IMG/VR virus record: IMGVR_UViG_3300029985_000693
Location: 1 to 64,000 of that record
Length of the DNA: 64,000 bases
Reading direction: 5' to 3' (one strand)
Source of the DNA: an uncultured virus (IMG/VR IMGVR_UViG_3300029985_000693)
Lineage: Duplodnaviria; Heunggongvirae; Uroviricota; Caudoviricetes
Shown: piece after piece, positions 9,017-17,887 of the stretch
How positions within the stretch are numbered: the stretch's first letter is position 1
Layout: every line of letters starts with the position of its first letter
Made by a program: the position numbers and the translations under genes
Notes under the pieces: model-generated
Told to the model about the DNA's origin: nothing
What the model saw: the letters and a program-made list of their open reading frames with translations, nothing else
The model's database searches: none

Positions 9017-10244
9017 GTTTTCTCGTATAACAGGTATTTTAGGTGTAATTGGTCTTATAGCTATAGGGGCCGTTGGTTTTAGGTTTAAGGACGCTATTGC
9101 TGCGGCTACTGGTATTAATACCCAACAAGCTATAACCGCTGCTCCTGTTGCTATGAATATGTCCGGTTTGGATGCAGGAGAAGGGGTTAGTGTAGCTTTT
9201 GCCAAGGCCGATCACGTACACCCTATATCCGGTATATTGTCTCCAATTAACGGAGGGACTGGTCTAAGTGTGGATTCTGGCACCTTCATAATGACCAACG
9301 CTTTGGATGGAGGACAAATTAATGTACAAGCATACATAACTGGTAAAACAGATTATACCCAACAAAGTACCACAATGACCGTAATAGGTGGTCTTGGTTC
9401 AAATGACGGTATGGACATTTTCGGTGGAGACTCAACAGATGGAGGTCAATCTGGTTTCGGCCTAGTCATTTGGGCTGGTAACTCCAATGGTGGCTCCGAC
9501 TTAAACGCAGACGGAGGGGTCGGAGGTAGCGCCTTTTTGGCCTTCGGAACAGGAGAAGCTCAAGGACTTACAGGTATTGGTGGTCCCAGGAACGGATGGG
9601 GACTTTTAGGATATGGTGGTTGCCAAGGAGAATTCTACTATTGTGGAGCTATTGCTTCTGAATACGTAGGAGATGGAGTTGAAGGTTATGGTTATGGGGG
9701 TAACGGTTATTACGGTGTAAGAGGTATTGGAGGTACCCTAACAGATGGAGGTGGAACCACTACAGGAGTAAGAGGTGATGGTTCTCAGGCTGGAGGTAAT
9801 GGAGGTCAGTTCTACGCTCACGGTGGTAATTATGCTGGTATTATAACTCAAGGTGGTCCAGATGGTGGTCCAGGAGCATATATAATTGGTGGAACCGATG
9901 GTGGAGCAGCTTTAGTGTTGTCTCCAAATTCTGGTCCAGCAATTGCAATGCTCCCAACAGCCCCTCCAATGAGTCCAACCACAAATGGTTATATTTATCA
10001 AGATAATGTATTAAATTCATTTATGGTAGGAGATGGCACCTATTCCTACCGTATGCCTAAATGCAAAGTTCACGCTCTTAATGGTTCGGGTATTTACACC
10101 CAAAGTGTTGAAACAGGATCTACCGGATGCTCCGTTACGGACCAAGATAACGCTATTGCTGGTAAATGCAAAATAGCAGCAACCACTCTTACCGTAACAA
10201 TACCCGGTGGAGCTTCAGACAATATAAACCTCTGTTACCAATAA
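8997..10244 (+). CDS. Gly-rich fibre-like protein with N-terminal signal/anchor segment
   Basis: ILGVIGLIAIGAVGF hydrophobic segment; AKADHVHP fibre-type motif; G-x-G beta-helix-like repeats; four C-terminal Cys. Confidence 0.6.
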   Translation: MSITHIKFSRITGILGVIGLIAIGAVGFRFKDAIAAATGINTQQAITAAPVAMNMSGLDAGEGVSVAFAKADHVHPISGILSPINGGTGLSVDSGTFIMTNALDGGQINVQAYITGKTDYTQQSTTMTVIGGLGSNDGMDIFGGDSTDGGQSGFGLVIWAGNSNGGSDLNADGGVGGSAFLAFGTGEAQGLTGIGGPRNGWGLLGYGGCQGEFYYCGAIASEYVGDGVEGYGYGGNGYYGVRGIGGTLTDGGGTTTGVRGDGSQAGGNGGQFYAHGGNYAGIITQGGPDGGPGAYIIGGTDGGAALVLSPNSGPAIAMLPTAPPMSPTTNGYIYQDNVLNSFMVGDGTYSYRMPKCKVHALNGSGIYTQSVETGSTGCSVTDQDNAIAGKCKIAATTLTVTIPGGASDNINLCYQ

Positions 10245-10266
10245 TAGACCCCAATTTTAAGGGAAT

Positions 10267-12384
10267 ATGGCTAATGACACTTTAGAGAAAAATTGGAAGA
10301 GTGCCCTATTGGGTGGAGTTTTAGGAGCTGGACTTTTAGCTAACAACAGTATAGGTCACGAACCAGCCCTTCCCAAACCAATAGTTCAACCAAAGGTGGA
10401 CTCACCTTGGTCTACTACCGGTTTGCATCCAGATTTATTGCCAATAGCCTTCCTAGAAAGTTCCGGGGGTAAATTTACCCAGCACCAACCCCACTCGGGG
10501 GGTCCATACTACACGGCCTTTGGATCTGTGGGATTAAAACCCGTAAGTGCTCATGATTATTACCTAAAAAACAAACAAGTACAAGCTAAATATCCAGATC
10601 TTTCCGATAAGGATAAGTTCACTCAAAAACTAAAGACAGATCCAAAATTCTACAACGAAATGGCTTCAGACCTATGGACTCAAAACGCCAATAAGTTCAA
10701 AAACTCTTTACCTCATGCTGTTTATGCATGGCGACACGGACGCAAGGCGGCTATTGATGCAGGTAAAGAAACAGTACAAAATGATCCTTACGTTAAATCA
10801 TATTTAGGATACCAATCTAAACAAAAAGACATGATACCTAAAGTTAAAGCCGTTAAGGCTCCAGAACACCCCAAAGGGATGACTTGTTCCGATGGTCAAT
10901 GCTCGGTACCAAGTCATTACGATCCTGTAGCAGCCGCAAAATACGAAGAAAGCCTTGGCTTAAACAAAAGTCTAACAGAGGGTATGCTGTTTGATATATA
11001 TATAAGCTGGGCGTTAGAAGAAGTTGAGGTGGAAGCTCAACTCTATGCCAAAGAAGGGAACACCCTCGCCTTACGTAATTTAGAAGACAAAATTAAAGAC
11101 GCCAATCAGTTATGGGAATCATTTTGCCTGAGGACCATGGGCGAAGTGATTTGTGTCGGAGGAATATCAGATGTGGGTAGAATCTTGTTGCACCAAGACT
11201 CTTTAGATGAATTACCGACAATTAAAAGCGAGATAGAGGCTATATTCGACTCTCCCGTAAGTATAGGAGCTGGTAGGGATTTAAAAGAATCCGACCAAGC
11301 CCTGTATATTTGCGCTAAAGAAACCCCTGGTAAAATAGTATTCTACACCCAAGAAATAGCATATAAAATCAAATTAATATCCGATTCTATGGCTAAATCC
11401 GAAAATGCCCCTGCGGCTCAAGCCAAGGAAGACGCTCAAGCTAAAAAAAGGAATTGGAAACAAGCCTTCTCTGCTCATGTCACTACCGCTGATCCATCTA
11501 AAAATTCCAATTGGCACAAAACGGGCTCTTTTAGAGGCAAGACTCATGCTGGTTTTATTCATGCCAAAGCCGGTGGGGATGTTCCAAGCGTACACAAGCC
11601 AAAGGCACCTGAACATACACCAGAAAGAGTTGCTGGACTCCGGAAGCCGAAGGATATTTTGAATGATTTAACCAACCTATCTGCCAAGGGTTCCGGTAAA
11701 CCAAAAGAAGACATAGAAGGAATAAAAAAGAAGATAGTCAAACTCCTAGAAAACCTTAAATCAGAAGAACTAGAACAATTAAAAATAGCAAATCCAGACG
11801 CTTACGCTACGATTCTAAAGCTAATAGGAGCCATTACGTCCATCGGAAGGGCTCTTCCTGAAGCTCCAAGGGAGTCCAATGAAGACTGGGTACCACCACC
11901 CGCTCCAGCTCAAGTCGCCAAAACCGAAGATGTTAACATAGTACAGGCTGCATTCCTAGATAACACCAGCAAGGTTGTATATGGTACTGGTTCTTGTCAT
12001 GATATAAACTACTTACCTACCGAATACAACGAAAAAACCTATACGGAAGGTTTCCTTACAGATGAAAATGAATTCGTATCCAGAGAAGAAGCTGGGGGAT
12101 TAAGATCTGAGGACGTATTCAAAACAAATGATTCCAAAGAGTTCCTTGCTAATTTGAATAAGGGGGGTATAAAGCTGCCATCAATTAAGGTGAAAAGGTT
12201 TATTCGTCCGAGCTATCCCATTGGAACAGAAAAACAAAACGGACTAGGAGTTCTAGAAATAAAGGTGCAACACTTAGGTCCGCAAGGCGAGCCAGGGGAA
12301 ATAGGCTGGAACAAGATCGGCTCTGGCAAGATAATGGGTTCAGATGGCCACCCTATAAGTTCTCAAAATCAAAGAGCTAAATAA
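10267..12384 (+). CDS. Multidomain putative head cargo: lytic transglycosylase-like domain, degenerate GGDEF/mCpol-like palm domain, further small domains
   Basis: IAFLESSGG...AFGSVGLKP...YAWRHG (SLT-like); GEVICVGGISD...VSIGAG...SDQALYICAK..GK (palm cyclase-like). Confidence 0.65.
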   Translation: MANDTLEKNWKSALLGGVLGAGLLANNSIGHEPALPKPIVQPKVDSPWSTTGLHPDLLPIAFLESSGGKFTQHQPHSGGPYYTAFGSVGLKPVSAHDYYLKNKQVQAKYPDLSDKDKFTQKLKTDPKFYNEMASDLWTQNANKFKNSLPHAVYAWRHGRKAAIDAGKETVQNDPYVKSYLGYQSKQKDMIPKVKAVKAPEHPKGMTCSDGQCSVPSHYDPVAAAKYEESLGLNKSLTEGMLFDIYISWALEEVEVEAQLYAKEGNTLALRNLEDKIKDANQLWESFCLRTMGEVICVGGISDVGRILLHQDSLDELPTIKSEIEAIFDSPVSIGAGRDLKESDQALYICAKETPGKIVFYTQEIAYKIKLISDSMAKSENAPAAQAKEDAQAKKRNWKQAFSAHVTTADPSKNSNWHKTGSFRGKTHAGFIHAKAGGDVPSVHKPKAPEHTPERVAGLRKPKDILNDLTNLSAKGSGKPKEDIEGIKKKIVKLLENLKSEELEQLKIANPDAYATILKLIGAITSIGRALPEAPRESNEDWVPPPAPAQVAKTEDVNIVQAAFLDNTSKVVYGTGSCHDINYLPTEYNEKTYTEGFLTDENEFVSREEAGGLRSEDVFKTNDSKEFLANLNKGGIKLPSIKVKRFIRPSYPIGTEKQNGLGVLEIKVQHLGPQGEPGEIGWNKIGSGKIMGSDGHPISSQNQRAK

Positions 12385-13127
12385 TGTTTACAGTAAAACT
12401 CAAAGCTCCAGACTTTGATAAGATAGCCAAAGATCTAGGAAGTGAGATAGACGAGCGTATCGATGGACTTGTATCAACTATGGCTCAAAAAGCATTTGAT
12501 CATATAGTTGATATAGCCCAAGAGGAATTAAAGACTCTAAAAGATAAATATATAGAAGGTCTAGAAATAGAACAATTGACTCCAACCTCTTGGTTGATAT
12601 CTATGACCGATAAATCAGGATGGATAGAAACTGGTCACGAACCAGGATTCCAAATGTTACCGGGCTTTTTAAACAGTCCTAAAGCAAAAACAGCCAAAGA
12701 CGGTTCTAAATACCTAATCATACCAATGGAACATGCTACCGAAACTAGTCATTCCACCCAAAAAGGTCAAGAAACCAAAGACCTATTGAAGAGAGAACTC
12801 AGTCAAAGAGGAGTTCCTTTTACCGGTATAGAAAATGGCAACAACGGAAAACCAAAACTAGGAACTTTGCACAATTTCAACTTTGGAGGTCGCCAGGGGC
12901 TCACTGGTATTCCATATCTTCAAGGTGTGAGGATTAGTCAAAAACAAACCAATCAGGGCGTTAAACGGTCTATAATGACCTGGAGGACCGCTTCTAGCAA
13001 GCAAAACCCATCGGAATATTGGGTTCTAGAGAATGGAACCAAAGGATTGGGTGCTTTTGACAAAACTGTGGATTGGATAGAACAAGAATGGGAAAAATTG
13101 GTATTGGGAGAATTTGGTACCAGTTAG
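12384..13127 (+). CDS. Putative neck / tail-completion protein
   Basis: WIETG...MLPGFL...KTAKDGSKYLIIP pattern resembles large-myovirus neck proteins; TAATG coupling. Confidence 0.5.
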   Translation: MFTVKLKAPDFDKIAKDLGSEIDERIDGLVSTMAQKAFDHIVDIAQEELKTLKDKYIEGLEIEQLTPTSWLISMTDKSGWIETGHEPGFQMLPGFLNSPKAKTAKDGSKYLIIPMEHATETSHSTQKGQETKDLLKRELSQRGVPFTGIENGNNGKPKLGTLHNFNFGGRQGLTGIPYLQGVRISQKQTNQGVKRSIMTWRTASSKQNPSEYWVLENGTKGLGAFDKTVDWIEQEWEKLVLGEFGTS

Positions 13128-13459
13128 TCTTTAGGGGTATTGTACTTAAAACCCACCATACTCAATAAGTCACTAACATCCCTAATACTTAAGGCATCGC
13201 TAGGATTGTCTGAGTCAAATTCGGAAATTATTGAGTTAATTAGCTTAATAACCTTATTAACAGCTTTTTGCTTGAAAACCATACGATAATGAGTAGAACA
13301 TGGTCGCCCTAAGGCCACTTGTACTTCTATGGATTTCCTAAGTAAATTACCCCGCTGCACTGGCTCTCTGTAAGCCTTAAGAAAATCCTTAAAACAAGAC
13401 AAAATATAAGCTTCCTTAAACTCTGGTGGCTTTAACTGTTCGGGCATATCTAATAACAT
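13124..13459 (-). CDS. Hypothetical protein in opposite orientation; likely start MLLDMPE
   Basis: Fills the gap between two + genes; TTGACA-18-TAAGAT lies upstream of ATG 13459. Confidence 0.5.
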   Translation of the reverse strand: MLLDMPEQLKPPEFKEAYILSCFKDFLKAYREPVQRGNLLRKSIEVQVALGRPCSTHYRMVFKQKAVNKVIKLINSIISEFDSDNPSDALSIRDVSDLLSMVGFKYNTPKD

Positions 13460-13467
13460 TGCTAGCA

Positions 13468-13497
13468 ATCTTAGTCTACAATGACCACAAATGTCAA
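13468..13497 (-). promoter_or_regulatory. Sigma70-like promoter TTGACA-N18-TAAGAT
   Basis: Read directly; ATG follows 8 nt after the -10 element. Confidence 0.45.
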
Positions 13498-14494
13498 TAC
13501 AGTTTCGGTAGATTCGCCTCCTTTGGCGACACCTCAATTGCTATCCAACACAGAAACCAGGGGTATTGTAGATACTTCTTGGGTATTGCGCACCGCTATT
13601 ATGGCTGGTTTGGAAGATATACGCCAAAATCCAGAACTAATCAATTATGCGCTTTCCAATCTTTTCTTAATAGACCCTATAACCAATAAAGACATAAGAA
13701 CCACTATTATAAATACTGCTAAGGACTGGATTCTTAACAGTAAAATCTCAGTGGTGCTTTACCCCAAATTAGACGAAGTGGAATTTCCTTGTGTAACTAT
13801 TAATATACTGGATTCTGTTGAAGTCGAAAACCAATTAGGAGACATCCACTACAAACCGTCCCAAGAAGGGAATACAGTAGATCCGTACCTATTGGGACCA
13901 ATCACCACCTCTGCCTATAATGTAGATACCGGTGAAATCACTCTACCCGCCAGTGCTGGCTCTATATACAGTACAGAAAGAATGGCTGTAATTGGTACGG
14001 ACGGAAAAGAAATACCCATAGTCAAATCTTGGTATGGAAGCAGTATTTTCATTCCTCCTAATACAAATCCGTCCCTAGTTAATATCATAAGTGTAGGAAC
14101 CGCCTCCCCTAACGCTAGGACGAGGTTGGAGTCTGCTAGATTCCTAGAGAAATTTACCATTGGATGCTTTGCTCAAGGCGAACCGTCTTATACTATTTAT
14201 CTCAATAGCATAATTATGTTTGTTTTGTTAAGATATCGAGAAAATCTACTAGAAGCAAGAGGTTACGAACGTACCACCGTAAGTAATGGAGCTTTAACCA
14301 GCTTTTCTCAATTTATAGAAGGCAAGGAAAACGTATTTGGCCGAAATATCAATATAAGTGGATATACTAATGTAGTTTGGCCTAAGTATACCTCGATCGT
14401 TCTTAATAGTGTTGTGACTCAAGTTGTGGCTCAAGTAGTTGGAGAAACCCCATCCAATCCGGTGCCGGGGAATATCTTGTGGACTTCAAAATAA
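13481..14494 (+). CDS. Putative tail terminator / head-tail joining protein
   Basis: FPCVTINI, FTIGCF and VFGRNINISG beta pattern of tail-terminator folds; lies before the sheath gene. Confidence 0.5.
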   Translation: MTTNVNTVSVDSPPLATPQLLSNTETRGIVDTSWVLRTAIMAGLEDIRQNPELINYALSNLFLIDPITNKDIRTTIINTAKDWILNSKISVVLYPKLDEVEFPCVTINILDSVEVENQLGDIHYKPSQEGNTVDPYLLGPITTSAYNVDTGEITLPASAGSIYSTERMAVIGTDGKEIPIVKSWYGSSIFIPPNTNPSLVNIISVGTASPNARTRLESARFLEKFTIGCFAQGEPSYTIYLNSIIMFVLLRYRENLLEARGYERTTVSNGALTSFSQFIEGKENVFGRNINISGYTNVVWPKYTSIVLNSVVTQVVAQVVGETPSNPVPGNILWTSK

Positions 14495-14541
14495 AGCATT
14501 TTTTGGCCAAACAAAATTACCGGAATCTTAATTTTAAACAG

Positions 14542-15450
14542 ATGGACAAGATAAGATACCATATCTATATATTAAAACATCCTATTACTAATGAAATTAG
14601 ATACGTAGGACAAACGAAAAATACTCTCTCCAACAGACTATATGATCATTTATATGAAGCAAGGAAAAGAAAAAATCTAACATACAAAAATAATTGGGTG
14701 TTTTCATTGCTGCAAAAAGAATTAAAACCAAAAATAGAAATGTTAGATTATGCTTGGGGGATAGAAGAGGCAAATCAAATAGAAAAAACATATATTAAAA
14801 GATTCAAAGAAATGGGAAAAAGATTAACCAATTCAACCACAGGAGGAGAGGGGCATGTACCAATTCCATTAACAGAAGAACAAAAAGATAAGTATCGCAA
14901 ACAAGTTATAGAATTAAATACAGGGAAAATTTACAAAAGCCAAACACATGCCGCTAAAGAATTGGGAGTTCTACCTTCAAGTATATCCGCCATATGCAAG
15001 GGAAAGCATGCTTCTATTCATGGTTATCGATTTCAATACGGGAACACGCCGGTCGATTACAAGAACCCACATAAAGCATTGAAAAGACCAATAATTGAAG
15101 TAAAAAGTGGAATTAAATACAACAATACAAAGGAAGCTGCCGAAACACTAAAGTTAGACAAAAGCCATATATCTGCTGTTTTAAGAGGAGATCGTATTCA
15201 AACGGGTGGTTGTCAATTTAAATACGCAGACGACTCGTCCGTATTTGTATTAAGAAATAGGAAATTCAATAACAAAAAGATCATAGAGACAACCACAAAT
15301 ACAATTTATAACAGTATCAAAGAAGCGGCTTTAAAAAATAACCTTAAGCCATGTTCCCTGTCACAAGCAATTAACGGAAAAATCAAAAAGCTAAGATGTG
15401 GTCTTGTGTTTAAGTTTTTAATAGAAACACAACCAAACCGTAATATTTAA
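14542..15450 (+). CDS. GIY-YIG homing endonuclease with three NUMOD1-like HTH repeats
   Basis: HIYILKHP...RYVGQT...RLYDH...LTNSTTGGEG; three IE..TG.IY.S..EAA..L repeats; start moved to ATG 14542. Confidence 0.85.
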   Translation: MDKIRYHIYILKHPITNEIRYVGQTKNTLSNRLYDHLYEARKRKNLTYKNNWVFSLLQKELKPKIEMLDYAWGIEEANQIEKTYIKRFKEMGKRLTNSTTGGEGHVPIPLTEEQKDKYRKQVIELNTGKIYKSQTHAAKELGVLPSSISAICKGKHASIHGYRFQYGNTPVDYKNPHKALKRPIIEVKSGIKYNNTKEAAETLKLDKSHISAVLRGDRIQTGGCQFKYADDSSVFVLRNRKFNNKKIIETTTNTIYNSIKEAALKNNLKPCSLSQAINGKIKKLRCGLVFKFLIETQPNRNI

Positions 15451-15456
15451 GGGTAT

Positions 15457-17856
15457 ATGTTCTTTAAATGGCGGCAGAATGATACAGCCAATATAGCTGG
15501 GGAGCCCACCCTTCACAGTACCGTTCCCCTAGGAACGAATGGGTCTAGTCATAGTGAATATGTTATCATGCGTTCACCTAAGACCCAAGGCTATACTTTA
15601 GGTCATTTCTTTGGGCATGATCCAAAGCACGAATTACATATTTTAGGTAATAATCACAAAGACATACCTTCTGCTCAAACAGCGGCCGTAGAAGATCATA
15701 AGCTAAATATAGCCAATCCAAACCGTTACGACAAACCGGTACAAGGTGAGCTTTTTCATAAGGCTGAAGCTAAAGACAAAAAGGAAGCCCCGAAGAAGAA
15801 GGCTCCATCTAAAAAGAACAAAGAAGAATCCAAACCGAAGACTTCTAAGCCTAAGGCTAAAAAAGAAGCCGAAAAAGAAACCAAGGCCAAGGAAGAAGCT
15901 CAAAAAGAGATAATCAAACCTAAAGAGGAAGCCGCTACTGAAGCGGCTCCAAAGGCAAAAGCAACGCCTAAAACCAAGAAACCGGCTGGGGAAAAGAAAC
16001 CCAAAGCCAAACAAGCCTTTTCTTGGTTAAACGAATCCAAAGGTAAATCTCCTGCGGCTTTAAAGGTTAAAACCAAAGGTCCAGCCTCTAAAAATGTAGT
16101 AGTGGACCCAAACAAAGCTCCTCCAAAACCAACCATACAAAATACACCTACCTCTTCTACTCCCAATTGGATGGAAAGTCCAAACGATCCTTTCCTTCAG
16201 GCTCCCACTGGAAAGAACGTCCCTCCTCGTCCGCAAGTAGCTAAACCGGCACCAGCCGATACTACTCCCGAATGGATGATGTCTCCTGACTCTAAAGGGC
16301 AACTGCCAGCTAAAAAACCAGTTGAGCCATGGTTTAAATCACCAGATCCAAAAGACAAAAGCGCCCCAACTCCTTTACAACCACGAAGGGTATCACCCTC
16401 TAGCTTAAGAGTCAATCCAGCTACAGATCCAAACAGTAAACCTCCGGCCTGGATGGAATCACCGGAAGATCCTTGGGCTATGTCGGCTCCAACAGGACAA
16501 GTCCCAATCAAACACCCCGCAGTTACTCCTTCTGCTCCCCAGACCGGAGAAGAGTGGCTTAAACCTCCATATGCGTTACCTCCTCCCCCTCCGGCCGATC
16601 ATGACGCTCCAGACGTAGCTCCTGTTGCACCTCAAAGCACTCCATCTGTAGAACAAAACCCAGTAGAGGTGGAGGGGTATGATTATTCCCATTTATTAAA
16701 TCCAAAACACAAAGAAAACGGTGTTGATTTAAGAGTATTCCATGAACCGGGTGGACATAAGGCCGTAATAAGTCATCATGGCAAGCCAGTAAGCTACATG
16801 AAGGCCAAATTCAATCCAGAAGATGGCACAACTACCGCTGGAGCCATGAAACTAGATCCAAGATATGCTGGTTCTGGACATGACAAGATCATGCAACAAG
16901 CTGTTTTTACTCATGGTTTGAGTAGACCAAAAACACCCCATACTGATATTAAACCATTTAAAATCAAACCAGGGGCTACTTTTGATTTAAATACAAATAA
17001 TTATCAAACTCCTTCATCTAATAAAAAATTAATGAGTCAACAAGCTGAGCCTGCATATTCTGAGGATTATGTAGAGAAAAAAGAATCATTAAATAAATCC
17101 CAATCTTATAGTGAAGCAATTACCAATCAGGAGAACGCCTTGGAAGATCCTAAAGTAAATATCAACGAAATCAAGCAGGCTCTATATAAAGCAGCCAAAG
17201 AAGAAATAGCTAATTACACCGTACAGCTAGAAAAACTGCGTAAGGCTGCTATGGATGGCGGGGCTATGGCCCCTGGAATGATGGCGGATCCTGGAACTAT
17301 GAATATGAATGAAAAATCCATGGAAAAGGTAGCCCCTCCTGGATTTGACGAAGCAACAATGCATAAGCTAAAAGCCAAATATGGGGTAGAGTCAGCTTTT
17401 AAAATTGCTTGGGCTGCTCACAACAAGAAAGACAATAAAAAGGATATGAGCAAGGATGAAGACTCTGTGTCCGGCTCAACCTTTCCCAAGGTAACTGGTA
17501 TTGATGCGATCGATGCGGATACCGGTGGTGGTGAAGCTCCTGGAAAATCCAAGGAAATTAGTGCTTCTGGAGCGGGAGGATCTGTTAAGCCCTCAGTTCT
17601 TAAATCAGCCAAAGGTTTAATCAAAAACATCAAGAAGGGGATGGGTGGTGGACTAAAACCCCCAATGGCCCACGCTGGAAGTCCAACTATTCCCTCCATG
17701 GGTGGTGGAATGGGCAAAGATGAAAAATCTATGGGTAAAACCCAAGAACCATCCGGCACAATTCCTGAAAAAACAATATCAGCTAATGGCGAAAAGTCAT
17801 GGAGCAAGGGAGCGGTAATTAAGAATTTAGCTTCTGCTCCAATTAAATCTGAATAA
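15457..17856 (+). CDS. Lys/Pro-rich, largely disordered putative internal head protein with a degenerate GNAT-like domain
   Basis: Low-complexity K/P/A tracts; WxxSP repeats; LDPRYAGSG motif; many hydrophobic-x-K sites. Confidence 0.55.
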   Translation: MFFKWRQNDTANIAGEPTLHSTVPLGTNGSSHSEYVIMRSPKTQGYTLGHFFGHDPKHELHILGNNHKDIPSAQTAAVEDHKLNIANPNRYDKPVQGELFHKAEAKDKKEAPKKKAPSKKNKEESKPKTSKPKAKKEAEKETKAKEEAQKEIIKPKEEAATEAAPKAKATPKTKKPAGEKKPKAKQAFSWLNESKGKSPAALKVKTKGPASKNVVVDPNKAPPKPTIQNTPTSSTPNWMESPNDPFLQAPTGKNVPPRPQVAKPAPADTTPEWMMSPDSKGQLPAKKPVEPWFKSPDPKDKSAPTPLQPRRVSPSSLRVNPATDPNSKPPAWMESPEDPWAMSAPTGQVPIKHPAVTPSAPQTGEEWLKPPYALPPPPPADHDAPDVAPVAPQSTPSVEQNPVEVEGYDYSHLLNPKHKENGVDLRVFHEPGGHKAVISHHGKPVSYMKAKFNPEDGTTTAGAMKLDPRYAGSGHDKIMQQAVFTHGLSRPKTPHTDIKPFKIKPGATFDLNTNNYQTPSSNKKLMSQQAEPAYSEDYVEKKESLNKSQSYSEAITNQENALEDPKVNINEIKQALYKAAKEEIANYTVQLEKLRKAAMDGGAMAPGMMADPGTMNMNEKSMEKVAPPGFDEATMHKLKAKYGVESAFKIAWAAHNKKDNKKDMSKDEDSVSGSTFPKVTGIDAIDADTGGGEAPGKSKEISASGAGGSVKPSVLKSAKGLIKNIKKGMGGGLKPPMAHAGSPTIPSMGGGMGKDEKSMGKTQEPSGTIPEKTISANGEKSWSKGAVIKNLASAPIKSE

Positions 17857-17887
17857 ATAGCAATCTTTAGAACGAGGATAAACAATT

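Noticed and set aside
4004..15450. Group I introns housing the endonucleases
   Set aside because: Endonuclease ORFs abut complete flanking genes with little or no non-coding room for a ribozyme core
15703..16511. Antisense Phe/Gly-rich ORFs and similar short overlapping ORFs across the window
   Set aside because: Shadows of low-complexity or biased coding sequence on the other strand; no RBS or motifs
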